This document shows positions 28,830 to 39,236 of a DNA stretch of 64,000 nt, one piece after another (within the stretch, counting starts at the first letter, position 1; the number at the start of each line of letters is the position of its first letter). Origin of the DNA: an uncultured virus (IMG/VR IMGVR_UViG_3300020576_004096). Taxonomy: Duplodnaviria; Heunggongvirae; Uroviricota; Caudoviricetes. The translations under genes and the position numbers were made by a program. Location: IMG/VR virus record IMGVR_UViG_3300020576_004096; one strand, written 5' to 3'. Under the pieces are notes generated by a model that saw only the letters and a list, made by a program, of their open reading frames with translations, ran no database searches and was not told the origin of the DNA.

Positions 28830-29291
28830 ATGAGCGACGGCAACACCAACGGCAATTCCACCCCCACCTCTGGCGCGACCGCCCCGGCGAAGCAGCGCGA
28901 GAGCCGCAACAACCACGCTGCGGCTGAGAGCAATCGCATCACCGATGCGACGACCGCTCAGGCGTACTGCGACGCGGTTCGTTCGGCGACCGCCTCTGAC
29001 AAGCCCTCGTCGATGTTCAACGGTTCGGGCTTCGTTACGCCGACCATCCTCGACAACCAGGACACCGACAACCTCGTTCGTATGGGCGCGAGCATCAACG
29101 ACGCTCTGGCGCGGCGCGTTGCTCAGGACGGCCCGGCGGGTCAGGCGGCCCAGACCGGCCTCAACATCCTCTCCGACCACGCTCGCAACGCTGCGGAGAT
29201 TCAGGAAAACGCTCGCAACGAGCGCATTCTCCGCGAGGCCGAGGCCATCCGCGCCCGTCAGCGCAGCAAGACCCCCAGCGGCAACCGCTAA
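28830..29291 (+). CDS. hypothetical protein; C-terminus (ILREAEAIRA) resembles that of 27869-28414 (ILAQAEAIKA)
   Basis: ORF track; terminator follows. Confidence 0.7.
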   Translation: MSDGNTNGNSTPTSGATAPAKQRESRNNHAAAESNRITDATTAQAYCDAVRSATASDKPSSMFNGSGFVTPTILDNQDTDNLVRMGASINDALARRVAQDGPAGQAAQTGLNILSDHARNAAEIQENARNERILREAEAIRARQRSKTPSGNR

Positions 29292-29438
29292 TCGGTTCGC
29301 CGACAACTTCTCCGAAGGAAAGGGCCGTCGCTATCAAGCGGCGGTCCTTTTTCATTGCTTGCTGAAAGCAAGAGATTCTTCGGTTTTACCGAAGCCACAA
29401 AAATCAAGAACTAAACTTTCTGCTATAATCCATTCATT

Positions 29439-29846
29439 ATGGGAAACCCAAACGCAAACAGCCTTGAAGAGTCCGCCTCAACTCCTGTCGCCGAACCTGC
29501 CAAGGGCGAGGTAACTTGCTCAAACCCTCATTGTCGTTACCATGACACGCAAAGCGTTGGTCATTGCAGCGATTGCGGTATTCTGCCAACAATCAAGGTA
29601 CGTCTTGGTATCGCATTGCCAGACGGAACCTGGACGGAAAAGGCTGTTGAGTTTGAGATTGACCCTGAATGGGAGAACAATCCCAACGGAGATTTGTTGC
29701 GAGATTTGGCCTTCAATCATTGGTGCCATAACTTCGCCAACAACGGACCAACATCCAAAACCCAGTATGAGAAGGCAGAAGCAGCCGCAAAGGTTTCCAT
29801 TGAAATTGCTGGTTGCTTCATTCTTGGTTGGGAATGGAAGGACTAA
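29439..29846 (+). CDS. hypothetical protein with CxxxxC...CxxC zinc ribbon
   Basis: ACTAAACTT 20 nt before ATG. Confidence 0.7.
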   Translation: MGNPNANSLEESASTPVAEPAKGEVTCSNPHCRYHDTQSVGHCSDCGILPTIKVRLGIALPDGTWTEKAVEFEIDPEWENNPNGDLLRDLAFNHWCHNFANNGPTSKTQYEKAEAAAKVSIEIAGCFILGWEWKD

Positions 29847-30214
29847 CCATACTGCAATGGCTCTTTGACCTGTTCAAGCCCAAAGCCACCGCGCCAACGC
29901 CTCCGAAGCCTCCGAAGCCTCCGAAGCCTCCAAAGGCTCCTCGACCGGGAAACCTCTCGATTTCGGCAGATCAATCTGTCGTTTCAGGCGACTCATCGTT
30001 CGTCTATAAGAGGAACGGCAAGGCTGTTTACGAGGAGCGCAACGGCAAGGTCATTACTGGAACGCCCGCTGACAAGGCTGAGGGCGAAAAGGTTGCCGCT
30101 GACATTTCTGCGTCAACAAACCAAATGATCGACAACATGCAAAAGGATATGGACCGCATGTTCGACGACATGAAGAAGACCTTTGGACCTGGCTTCCCCT
30201 TTAACAAGCCGTAA
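29813..30214 (+). CDS. hypothetical protein with PKP repeats (start uncertain)
   Basis: ORF track; ends at motif. Confidence 0.6.
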   Translation: MLHSWLGMEGLTILQWLFDLFKPKATAPTPPKPPKPPKPPKAPRPGNLSISADQSVVSGDSSFVYKRNGKAVYEERNGKVITGTPADKAEGEKVAADISASTNQMIDNMQKDMDRMFDDMKKTFGPGFPFNKP

Positions 30215-30242
30215 CTAAACTTTCCGCGCCGAAGGAAAGATT

Positions 30243-30800
30243 ATGAACAACCTCGCCCAAGAGATTCTCAGAGATGCCAGCCGTCGCCTCGACGACACGA
30301 ACCACGAAGGAGCGACTCTCGATCTTGGTCAGCAAGATGCGATTATGAACGCCATTAACAAGGCGATGGAAGGCAAGATTCTTGCTCTTTCGTCAGACCT
30401 TACTGGCGTTTACAACGCTCTTGACTACGCCTGCGCCTTTATCAAGGCAGGCCGAAAGGAAATGGACGAAGAGGCGCGAGCGCAACTCTTGAACGCAATG
30501 GAGCAAATCAGCCGCTACGCAACGGGCGAGCCTGAGTCCGCTGCGGACCTGACGGAAGAAAGCAACGACCCTCGCTCTCATGCGCCCGTCACCTTCAAGG
30601 TTGACGACGTTCCCATTCGAGTCGGCCAAGACATGAGAGCCGAGTACGAAGACAAGGAAGAAGGACGAACGCTCATTGTTACTCTCACCCATGAGGGTAT
30701 CATCATGGACGTTTGGAATGTTGGAGATACGGAGGCCGCTCATACCTCCTCGATTATGTATAACGAACAGATTGAGGAGATGTTGAATGAGCAAGACTGA
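30243..30800 (+). CDS. hypothetical protein
   Basis: ACTAAACTT 20 nt before ATG. Confidence 0.75.
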   Translation: MNNLAQEILRDASRRLDDTNHEGATLDLGQQDAIMNAINKAMEGKILALSSDLTGVYNALDYACAFIKAGRKEMDEEARAQLLNAMEQISRYATGEPESAADLTEESNDPRSHAPVTFKVDDVPIRVGQDMRAEYEDKEEGRTLIVTLTHEGIIMDVWNVGDTEAAHTSSIMYNEQIEEMLNEQD

Positions 30801-30999
30801 GCCAAAGAAGATTCTTGCCGAAGCCGAGATGAAGGCTCAAGTTGAAAAAGCGATTTCCGTCTACAGCGCAAGCGACAGAAGCGCTAGAAATCTCTATCTT
30901 CTTATTGATGTTTTGAATGACATTCACAATAACGCTTGTCCTTCTGGTCAAGAAATGACTTGGATGCTTTCTTGGGTTGCAAACTTTCCTGATAACTAA
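30787..30999 (+). CDS. hypothetical protein
   Basis: GAGGAG SD; stop inside motif. Confidence 0.65.
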   Translation: MSKTEPKKILAEAEMKAQVEKAISVYSASDRSARNLYLLIDVLNDIHNNACPSGQEMTWMLSWVANFPDN

Positions 31000-31006
31000 A
31001 CTTTTA

Positions 31007-31079
<73 letters not shown>

Positions 31080-31271
31080 TTTATGGGAAAAACTCAAAGA
31101 TCAAAAAGACAAAACAAGACGGTTACTATGTATAACCCGTCAAAATCAGGAACATATCGTCCTACTCGCAAGTTTCATATCAACAAAGCAATTCCTACAA
31201 AGCAGTTCAAAGAAGAGTTGGATGTCAAAGAAAAGTCTCAGAACTAAACTTCCTGCGCAATGGGGAAAGTC

Positions 31272-31589
31272 ATGGCAAAGGCGCAAATCCAACGCAAAGC
31301 AGCGATTGTCAAGGCTCCGAGGCCGCAGGCCCCTGGCAATGCGGTCACGACCTACCCCGACTCTGACCGCTACAAGTTCGGTTTTGGAGTCGCAAGTTCC
31401 AGCAGCACTCGAATCTACAAGATTTCGTTTGACGCTGCGAGCGGCGCGCTCTACTGGGTTTGTTCTTGCGCGGGAAACCTCTGCCACGGTCGCTGCAAGC
31501 ATCTCAGGGCTTGTGGCTTGAAGGGTCGAGCGGACATGCCGAAGGCTGAGGGGATTGCTTTCGCGAAGAAACACGGTTTTCTGGCATAG
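31272..31589 (+). CDS. SWIM zinc-finger protein
   Basis: WVCSC...RCKHL; motif 20 nt before ATG. Confidence 0.7.
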   Translation: MAKAQIQRKAAIVKAPRPQAPGNAVTTYPDSDRYKFGFGVASSSSTRIYKISFDAASGALYWVCSCAGNLCHGRCKHLRACGLKGRADMPKAEGIAFAKKHGFLA

Positions 31590-31699
31590 AATGGTGAATC
31601 AGGTGGCAGTTGGCGCAGAGAACGTCACATTTCTTGGCTTCTGCCAATAATGTTTCATAAGCATAGGACTAAACTTTCTGAAAGGAAGGCCTTAGTAAG

Positions 31700-31924
31700 A
31701 TGAATGCTTCACCAGTAAATCAGCAGAGTAATGGAGGAGGTTGTTTGGGGCCGATTGTGTTTGGTTTAGTGATTGTTGTGGCCCTTTTTGGAGCCTTCAC
31801 TAAAATGCCTCTCTCTTTCCAAAAAACAATTGAACATCTCTTTGAGGGTTGTTTGACTGGAGTTTGCCCCTTTATCGCGATTGTAATTATCTTTTCTATG
31901 ATTTTTGGCAGTTCTAAGGAATAG
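31700..31924 (+). CDS. small two-TM protein
   Basis: hydrophobic segments. Confidence 0.6.
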   Translation: MNASPVNQQSNGGGCLGPIVFGLVIVVALFGAFTKMPLSFQKTIEHLFEGCLTGVCPFIAIVIIFSMIFGSSKE

Positions 31925-31941
31925 CGACGGCTGCATTACGC

Positions 31942-32184
31942 ATGACGATTGCAAGCATCTCCGAGCCTGCGGCCTTCAAGGGCGGCGGTACGGCAAGCAA
32001 ATCGACTTCGCAAAGAGGCACGGGTTTTTGGGATAACATCATGGTCCAGATTGGTGAAAGCAACATCCCCATTTTTGTATTGCTGCTCGCTTTTGTTGGC
32101 GCATGGCATATGCTGGGGATTCCGCCAGTCATCAAGTGGCGATGGTTCAAGAGAACCAGGCCTACGAACCAGTCGCAGGACTAA
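31942..32184 (+). CDS. small membrane protein
   Basis: stop inside motif. Confidence 0.5.
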   Translation: MTIASISEPAAFKGGGTASKSTSQRGTGFWDNIMVQIGESNIPIFVLLLAFVGAWHMLGIPPVIKWRWFKRTRPTNQSQD

Positions 32185-32208
32185 ACTTTCTCGCCTAGAC
32201 TGAGAGGC

Positions 32209-32607
32209 ATGATTACCGTTCCCATCGACGACTTGGAAGGACTCCTCGCAGCGTTGGAAGGATTCTTTGGCCCCGAAGTCTTTGTTGAGGTTCATAACAG
32301 CGAGCAGCGAATCCGCTCTCTTGCTGTTCATGGAACCGCCCTCAAGACCGTTATTAACAAGCAGCGGTCGGAAGAGGCAGCAGCCAAGTCCATCTACGAG
32401 GCGACCGAGGCCCAGTTGGACGAGGTGGACAAGGAAAATCTCCAAGAAATGCTCGACAACGACGTTCATGATTGCGTCAGCGAAGAAGGTTCGGATACCA
32501 ACAACGCTGGACGGGACGAGCAGATTCTTCTGCTTGTGAGAGAACTCGGCGAAACGGAAGTCCGTCGCAGGCTCCGAGAAGGGTTCGAGGGACGGCTTAA
32601 TGTCTGA
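32209..32607 (+). CDS. acidic hypothetical protein
   Basis: motif 20 nt before ATG. Confidence 0.7.
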   Translation: MITVPIDDLEGLLAALEGFFGPEVFVEVHNSEQRIRSLAVHGTALKTVINKQRSEEAAAKSIYEATEAQLDEVDKENLQEMLDNDVHDCVSEEGSDTNNAGRDEQILLLVRELGETEVRRRLREGFEGRLNV

Positions 32608-32893
32608 CAAGAAAAATCTCATTACCGGCCAACTCTTCTTCCGAGATACGCTCAAGGAGTCGCGTGGTCCTGCTGGTCCTGGACGCAAGCTCATGATTAT
32701 TGTCGGAGTTGTTGCGGTTCCCGAGGGCATGGACCTCAAGGGCGAACATCAGTATGTCGTCAGCGGCGCAATGCTTACCGACGAGATCCTCCGTCTTGGC
32801 GTTTACACGAAGAGCGGCGTCATTGACAGAACGGAAGAGGCGGCTGGCTACTCGGCTGGTCAGTTGTTGACGCAGGGTATTTGGCAATGTTGA
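32600..32893 (+). CDS. hypothetical protein
   Basis: overlaps upstream stop. Confidence 0.6.
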   Translation: MSDKKNLITGQLFFRDTLKESRGPAGPGRKLMIIVGVVAVPEGMDLKGEHQYVVSGAMLTDEILRLGVYTKSGVIDRTEEAAGYSAGQLLTQGIWQC

Positions 32894-33079
32894 GCGGCTG
32901 GACCATTGAGAGAGTCTCTGAAGATTTGAAGACGAAGAACAGTCTTCTTCTGAAGGGGATTCTCTTTTTGGGCAGCAGAACTAAACTTCACGACTTCTTC
33001 CAAGACCTCAGAAGGAAGGGCTATTCCGTTGAGCGGACGGACGCTGGCGGAGATCCGACTTGGAAGGTGGAGAAACGAA

Positions 33080-33274
33080 ATGGCTAGCGTTGCTGGACCG
33101 AACTCAACGAATCCGATTCTGGAAATCCTCAAGGCCAATGGCATTGACCCTGACATGCAGGTGAGCCGAGACGACGGTACTCAGCGGTCTGCTTTTGCGA
33201 TTCTTGAAGCAGCGGTTGGCGCAGCCCTTGATGAGATTGAGGAAACGGAACCTGGTCAAAAGGACGAGGACTAA
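33080..33274 (+). CDS. small acidic protein
   Basis: GGAG SD; stop inside motif. Confidence 0.6.
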   Translation: MASVAGPNSTNPILEILKANGIDPDMQVSRDDGTQRSAFAILEAAVGAALDEIEETEPGQKDED

Positions 33275-34075
33275 ACTTCTTGCGCGGAAATGACATGGCA
33301 AAGGGCAAATCCAACGCAAAGCGACGTTGACAATGCTGAGCGGTTAGACCATTGAAGACTAAGAACAGTCTTCTGAAAGTACCAAGATTGGCATGAGCGT
33401 GTAAGGGTGTTCCTGTCGCACTAGATTAGTAGTTTCTGGAAAGGAGAATGTAATGATTGGCTGGGATTTTGAAAACGTGTATGTCGGAAACGGGCCAGTT
33501 AGCACCTGGATGTTGTCCTCAGAGCTTGCGAGCCACGGTATCCGTGCTATTGGGTGGAACGAGGAAAGTGGTGGCGTGTGGGTTGGTGATGTCAACCGAA
33601 CAGGGGGGTATTCTGGTGGGACTGGAATCTTTGCAGTTGGAGACTTGAATGGGTACTCAGCGATGGTGTTGGTATTCAGTCGCCCAGTTAGGCTGGAGGT
33701 GGACATTGCCGGAAGTTCGTTGAATGCCCCTTCGTTTTCGCTGGCTGGGTATTTTGGACAGCAGGAAGTCTACGCTGGTTCCTGGGTGGCCTCTGACGGA
33801 CCTCGACCGTCTACCCGCCTCGAAGTTGGAGAGGTGACTTCCGTTCGTCTTGAAACGAGGCAGTCCGTCATTGGGGTGCCGATTGATGCCTACCGAGAGG
33901 TTCCGTCTCCTGGCGCTGCCGCAATCTTGCTTGTCGCCGCACTCGTAATCAAGAGGCGACGGTAATAGCCATCCCCGCTGGCGCAGCCCTTGATGAGATT
34001 GAGGAAACGGAACCTGGTCAAAAGGACGAGGACTAAACTTCTTGCGCGGAAATAAATGACATGGCAAAGGGCAAA
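33217..34075 (+). repeat. about 95-bp direct repeats (33217-33309, 33979-34075) flanking the PEP-CTERM gene
   Basis: identical except for a 4-nt indel. Confidence 0.95.
33453..33965 (+). CDS. PEP-CTERM-like sorting-domain protein
   Basis: C-terminus VPSPGAAAILLVAALVIKRRR; AAGGAG SD. Confidence 0.75.
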   Translation: MIGWDFENVYVGNGPVSTWMLSSELASHGIRAIGWNEESGGVWVGDVNRTGGYSGGTGIFAVGDLNGYSAMVLVFSRPVRLEVDIAGSSLNAPSFSLAGYFGQQEVYAGSWVASDGPRPSTRLEVGEVTSVRLETRQSVIGVPIDAYREVPSPGAAAILLVAALVIKRRR

Positions 34076-34369
34076 AGAAGCAAAGTTTGGGATAGCGATT
34101 ATGCGCCTTACGGCCATGCCGAGAAGAAGGGAAATCCCACAGAATGGCGAGAGGCCTACAACGCTCGCATGATGGGCGAGGAAGAGGCTGTTGCTGTTCT
34201 TGACAAGGACAATCCCTACAATGTTTTGGGCTTGCAGCAAGGCGCAGACGCAGCGGCGGTCAAGACTGCATGGCGGCAGTTCGCCATGAAGAATCACCCT
34301 GACCACGGCGGCAACGAAACCACTTTCAAGAAGGGCCTTGCGGCCTACTCGCTGCTCGCCGGGAAGTGA
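34061..34369 (+). CDS. J-domain (DnaJ-like) protein
   Basis: NPYNVLGL...VKTAWRQFAMKNHPDHGG. Confidence 0.85.
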   Translation: MAKGKRSKVWDSDYAPYGHAEKKGNPTEWREAYNARMMGEEEAVAVLDKDNPYNVLGLQQGADAAAVKTAWRQFAMKNHPDHGGNETTFKKGLAAYSLLAGK

Positions 34370-34372
34370 CGC

Positions 34373-34846
34373 ATGAATCCTCCAGCAACCAACGGCATTA
34401 CCGCTTCCGCAATCCAAGCCCATTTTGACGCCAATGACCGTTTTGGCATGGTTGGCTTTATGGGCAGAGTTGGGTTCTCAAAGTTTATGACTCGCCTTGA
34501 GCATGAACATTACGACCCAAAGGACGAAGCGTTAAACGAGCGATATCAGATGTTCTTGATTTCTCATCAAGGACTTACGTTCGTTGTTATTTCAATTCCG
34601 CTTGAAGATCGCCATCTTGCCGAGAAGATCGCGACCGAGTGTGATTTGCGCTTTGCTGACGGAGTTCCCGTCGTCTTTGGCGGCGAGGGCAATCCTTCTT
34701 TCCCGATTCAGCACAAGAACCTCTGGTCCTGCGAGAACCTCCCCAATAGCGGAGTCTACTCTGGGAAGAAGGAGGAACTTGAAGCCGAGGAGCAGCGTTG
34801 GCTCAACGACTTCTGGACAAAGAAGGAGGCTGAACTTGGCGGCTAA
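34373..34846 (+). CDS. hypothetical protein
   Basis: ORF track. Confidence 0.65.
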   Translation: MNPPATNGITASAIQAHFDANDRFGMVGFMGRVGFSKFMTRLEHEHYDPKDEALNERYQMFLISHQGLTFVVISIPLEDRHLAEKIATECDLRFADGVPVVFGGEGNPSFPIQHKNLWSCENLPNSGVYSGKKEELEAEEQRWLNDFWTKKEAELGG

Positions 34847-35117
34847 GAAGATCCAAACACTTCATAAGGACGGTTACAAGTTTGACTTTTGGCTTGAGGG
34901 CAAGGGTCGAGCGGCTGAAGTCTGCTGCAACGCTTACGCTTCCCTTAAGGGACCGAGCGGCCAAATCATTCGCTACCACGACACTCCCTGCCTTGAATGG
35001 AGCTTCCCCAAGGTGCCAGGGAACAATATTGTTGGTAATGCAGCAATCTACTTGGACCAGGCGTTGATGTACGCCAAGAACCCTACGAACTAAACTTTCC
35101 CCGTGAGGAAGAAACTC

Positions 35118-35624
35118 ATGCCAAAGACAAAAACCACCGTCGCAAAAGCCACCAAAGAGGCCGATAAGCCTCAAGAAAACCTTTGCAAGTGCTATGTCAG
35201 CAGCAAAACTGCTGGCGAACTTGATGGTTCTGGACAAGGCTCTGGGGAGTCCTTCTGGATCAACAAAATCAGTTCAAAGAAGGCTGAGGTTCGGAACAAC
35301 TGCCTTTGTGGACTTTGCACCGGCGATATTATTGAAATCACCGAGCATGGTCCTTCTGGCTGGAACAACGAGGTTGTTAAGGTAATTGAGCGCAAGGCTG
35401 AGTTGTATGGCCTCCAATACACCTTTGAGGGGATTGACCAGATGAAGGGCAAGTTCCCGAAGAATGTCCAAGAGTTCATCTGGAAGATTGAGAACAAGGG
35501 TTGTCGGGTCGAGGGTGTTGTTAAGGGTGTTGCAACTGTGAGCCGCCCCAATACCATGACCGAAGAAGCCTTCTTTAAGCTGCTCAACAGCGGTCCCATG
35601 ACTTTCACTCAGATGAAGGGTTGA
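35118..35624 (+). CDS. hypothetical protein
   Basis: motif 20 nt before ATG. Confidence 0.7.
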   Translation: MPKTKTTVAKATKEADKPQENLCKCYVSSKTAGELDGSGQGSGESFWINKISSKKAEVRNNCLCGLCTGDIIEITEHGPSGWNNEVVKVIERKAELYGLQYTFEGIDQMKGKFPKNVQEFIWKIENKGCRVEGVVKGVATVSRPNTMTEEAFFKLLNSGPMTFTQMKG

Positions 35625-35625
35625 G

Positions 35626-36102
35626 TTATCCCGAATTTTCATGCTTAATGCGATGGCAATTTGCGCAAAGAAGTTCGCAAAGCATTAGTTCGGACTTTAA
35701 CTCTGGAAGATCATCAAGAGATTTGTATTCTTTTTTCTTGATTTTTTGATTTATGTAACCAGAAATACCAAAGTTTTTCTTTCCAGTATTATGATGAAAT
35801 TCATAAACTGATAAATACTTTGTTTTCAATCCGCAACATTTACATTCACCTCCAAGATGGTCAACACAAAGTTGCTTGACCTTTTTTTGCATTTCTGAAT
35901 GAATCGCAAGTATTCGTTTTAATTCCAATTCAGAAATTGGATTTTCTTTATGGTATTTTTTAGCAGCAGCGCGACTGCAATCCCTGCAAGAATGAGTGTA
36001 ATATCTTTTTCCTTTTTTGTTCCAACGAAAGCCATGAAATTTGTCTAAGTGACAAATTTTGCATGTTTTTAGAATGTCAACAGGTTTGGGTGGTCTTTTC
36101 AT
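35626..36102 (-). CDS. HNH endonuclease (Cys-rich)
   Basis: GGECKCCG...YEFHH...CELLCANCHRIKH; AT-rich. Confidence 0.85.
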   Translation of the reverse strand: MKRPPKPVDILKTCKICHLDKFHGFRWNKKGKRYYTHSCRDCSRAAAKKYHKENPISELELKRILAIHSEMQKKVKQLCVDHLGGECKCCGLKTKYLSVYEFHHNTGKKNFGISGYINQKIKKKEYKSLDDLPELKSELMLCELLCANCHRIKHENSG

Positions 36103-36212
36103 ATCTACTGGTTCAATTAGTTTTCCACAAATCCTTCTGAAAGTGGAAAAATAGTTGAAACTCTGTGGAAAACTCGAAGACGAAAAAGCCGCGAGATTTT
36201 TGAGTCAACGGC

Positions 36213-36241
36213 TTGACGAGGGAGGGGGAGTCGGTTATACT
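36213..36241 (+). promoter_or_regulatory. sigma70-type promoter
   Basis: TTGACG-17 nt-TATACT. Confidence 0.7.
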
Positions 36242-36247
36242 TATCTC

Positions 36248-36831
36248 GTCAATCCAACGTCGTCCGCAACCAAGGGCCGAAAGGTTACAGAAACGGACGG
36301 AAGTTTGGTGAGATACCTTAGCGTTGAAGAAATCTCGACGATAAGGTAGGACCAACGGGACGTACTAGCAGCGAACAGAACTAAGGGTTGGACCACTCGC
36401 TGTTAGGACTCGACGGAGGCAAATAAGAAGGAAGTTCTAGAAGCCAACTTCTACCTTCTTAGAAAGCCGACTCGTAGGTTCGACATTAGCCCGCTCTGAC
36501 CAAAGGGATGGTATCCCGATAAAGTTGGAGTTTGACAAGTAAATAGGTACAGCGGCTCTCCTCATCAACGCACCGAGGCGCAGGAGAGAACCCAAGCGAA
36601 AGCAAGGGTGAGTTTGGAGGGACGGCCTAAACATGCCGTAACTCAAAATCCTAGAACTGAATGAACCTTGTTCTTCAATAAAAGGTTCTGGGATAATCAG
36701 ACCCCGCAGAGCGACGGCTCACGAACAGCCAGATTGATACGGCTCGGAACGCAAGGAACGCTGGCTGCGTAGTAATAAGTACCAAAAGGGCTTACCCCGA
36801 AGAGGAATTAACCGTTCCTTTTCGGGGTTTT
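36248..36831 (+). ncRNA. candidate large structured ncRNA (about 580 nt)
   Basis: own promoter and terminator (36794-36831); many hairpins; no credible ORF. Confidence 0.6.
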
Positions 36832-36896
36832 CATTTAAGGACTAAACTTTCCTCACATGGCTGTTATCTTGCCCAAGCCTCTAGCGGAGCCGAGCC

Positions 36897-37697
36897 ATGC
36901 CCAAGAACGCCCCCATTCTCGAATCGCTTAACCTTCTTCTTCCTGTTCGGGCCTCTTGCGCCTGTCATGGGGAGAATGTTCCCATCAACATGATTTTCAT
37001 TCCTGTCACTGACGAGGACGGGTTCTACGAGGGCTGGGGTCATGGCAGCGAAGACGCTGACACCGATATCTGCGCTGACTGCGAAGAACTTGGAGTTCTC
37101 GAAGACGCTTTTGAGTTTGTCTTCCTTGACTGCGAAGGACTCGAAAATGCGGTCTTCGCACTGCGCATGAACCTCCGGCTGATTGAGACACTGACTCGAT
37201 TGATTCAGGAATACAACGAGGAACGACTGACGGGCGAGAAAGTTCATTTGGCGATTGACGCTCCTTGCGATTGCGCCAATGAGTTCCGCATTTTCCGTCT
37301 TGGACAGCAGAGCGATAATAACGACTTTGCTAACAATGACTGGGACTTTGATAAGCCTCCGTTTCTTGAAGTTAATAAGGCTGTCATTGTCAGTAAGAAG
37401 GGCGCAAGGTTCTCTTGCGACGTTTCCACGCCTGGCAACGACCGTAAGAATCTTGGAACGATTGTTACGCGCTGGTTCAGCCTTGAAGACCTTGCGATTA
37501 TCAATGGCTGGCTTGTTTCTCGCGGCGGCGGGGAGGACCGTAAGGTTGTCAAGCATAAGGTTGCTGACGACTATGAGGACGGCGAGTGCCCTGACTGCCA
37601 GAAGGAAATCCCCAAGAACGCCAAGTACGGCGACGGCTGTACCGGCTGCGGTCATATCTTCAATCCCGTTGCGGAGAACGACGACGATGCCGAATGA
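36897..37697 (+). CDS. acidic Cys-rich protein with C-terminal zinc ribbon
   Basis: CPDC...CTGCGH; GGAG SD. Confidence 0.7.
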   Translation: MPKNAPILESLNLLLPVRASCACHGENVPINMIFIPVTDEDGFYEGWGHGSEDADTDICADCEELGVLEDAFEFVFLDCEGLENAVFALRMNLRLIETLTRLIQEYNEERLTGEKVHLAIDAPCDCANEFRIFRLGQQSDNNDFANNDWDFDKPPFLEVNKAVIVSKKGARFSCDVSTPGNDRKNLGTIVTRWFSLEDLAIINGWLVSRGGGEDRKVVKHKVADDYEDGECPDCQKEIPKNAKYGDGCTGCGHIFNPVAENDDDAE

Positions 37698-38024
37698 TAC
37701 AAGGGAGGCAACTTCCGCCCGAACCAATCACTCGCTTGACAGAATTCTGCTTGCGAAAGATTTCTCTACGACAATCGAGGTTTACAGGGACGATAAGGAC
37801 GGCCAACTTAAGATTGCCGCTTCTTACAACATCCCTGGTAACTCTCCGTCTATCAACGAGATCGACATTCGGGATCTTCCGCTCGACGACGTTCGGGAAA
37901 TCATGAGAGTCGCCATTGAGCGCATGATTGCAGAAGTCTGCGAGGGCGTAATCATGGAACTGAGAAGCGACCGTAGAACGCTCTTCTTTGTCTGAACTAA
38001 ACTTTCCGCGGAAAGGGAAAGTTC

Positions 38025-38642
38025 ATGTCAACCCGCAAGCAGCCCATCAAGACCATCGCCGAACTCATCAAGTTTCTTGGTCAGACGTACCCGCTTGACG
38101 GGGCAATCGACGTTCAAACGCTTGAAGACGGCGACGGTCCTTTGACCTTCAGCGCAACTCTCTGCGAGCCGAAGCCTGAACCCGAAACAACGGGCGGCTA
38201 CAACGACAACGACTTCATCAACATCATTGCGGACCCCGCTTCTTGGTCGAACTTCAAGCAACTCTTCAACAACGCTTCTGTCATTGTCGGCGACTTTGAC
38301 GAGCATGGTGAGGTTTTGCAGTCGAACGCTGACGGCATGTACGACGAAACCACCACTGTTGAGCAGTTGCGAGGCGCAATCCACCTCATCAGTCCTGGTT
38401 CTATCAATCAGGGCGATTATTTGCCCTGGCTCTCCACTGAGCAGCAGCAGCGTTTGGAGTTTGTTGCTGCTGAAATCATCGCCTGGGGCGACGGTCAGAA
38501 CATTCGGGACATTGAGTATGGGAAGGCGGAAGCCGAAACCATGACGCCCCGAGAGCGACTTGACCAGTTGAAGGATGATAACGACTGGCGTTGCAAGAGG
38601 TTGGGCTTCAACCCCGAGACCGGCGAAGTCTTCAAGGACTAA
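38025..38642 (+). CDS. hypothetical protein
   Basis: motif 20 nt before ATG; stop in next motif. Confidence 0.75.
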   Translation: MSTRKQPIKTIAELIKFLGQTYPLDGAIDVQTLEDGDGPLTFSATLCEPKPEPETTGGYNDNDFINIIADPASWSNFKQLFNNASVIVGDFDEHGEVLQSNADGMYDETTTVEQLRGAIHLISPGSINQGDYLPWLSTEQQQRLEFVAAEIIAWGDGQNIRDIEYGKAEAETMTPRERLDQLKDDNDWRCKRLGFNPETGEVFKD

Positions 38643-38690
38643 ACTTCTTTGCGTTGGATTTTGTGGTTTCTCTTTGCCTAGAATAATGGC

Positions 38691-39236
38691 ATGGATACGA
38701 CCCAATCGACTCAATCACTTGGAATGCCGTGGACAAAGAGAGGCTTGGGCTACGTTTTTGTCTTCAAGGCCATACCTGTCCCTGAGGGGCAGAAGCTCAT
38801 TGACGCAGAAACCCAAGAGCCGAACAGAGAAATCTTTGACGAGATGATTCCTGTTCTCGTTTCTTCGCCGCCTATTTTCCAAATCATCTTCTACAAGGAA
38901 GACGAGCGGATTCAGATCAACGACATTTACAAGTGCGTTCTTCAGGGGTATCAAGATACCTCGGACAACGCTGACTTAAATGAGAAGTTGGGTCTTGTTT
39001 TGGACTCCCTCCGTAATATGGGGACGGCCAACAAGCACATGCAGCAGCAAGCCCCGCCTGGGATTCCTGCTATCTTGGCTTCTTTCTTGAATGGCATTCT
39101 TGAAGAAGGCTCTTTAGGTATTGGTTCGGTTGTCAACACTGAAAGCCATCTCTGCTTCTTGAAGCTCGACAGGATTCCTGCCATATTCCTGCCTTCCTCC
39201 GAAACTAAACTTTCGGAGCAAGACAAGAAGGCATGA
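38691..39236 (+). CDS. hypothetical protein
   Basis: ORF track. Confidence 0.65.
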   Translation: MDTTQSTQSLGMPWTKRGLGYVFVFKAIPVPEGQKLIDAETQEPNREIFDEMIPVLVSSPPIFQIIFYKEDERIQINDIYKCVLQGYQDTSDNADLNEKLGLVLDSLRNMGTANKHMQQQAPPGIPAILASFLNGILEEGSLGIGSVVNTESHLCFLKLDRIPAIFLPSSETKLSEQDKKA

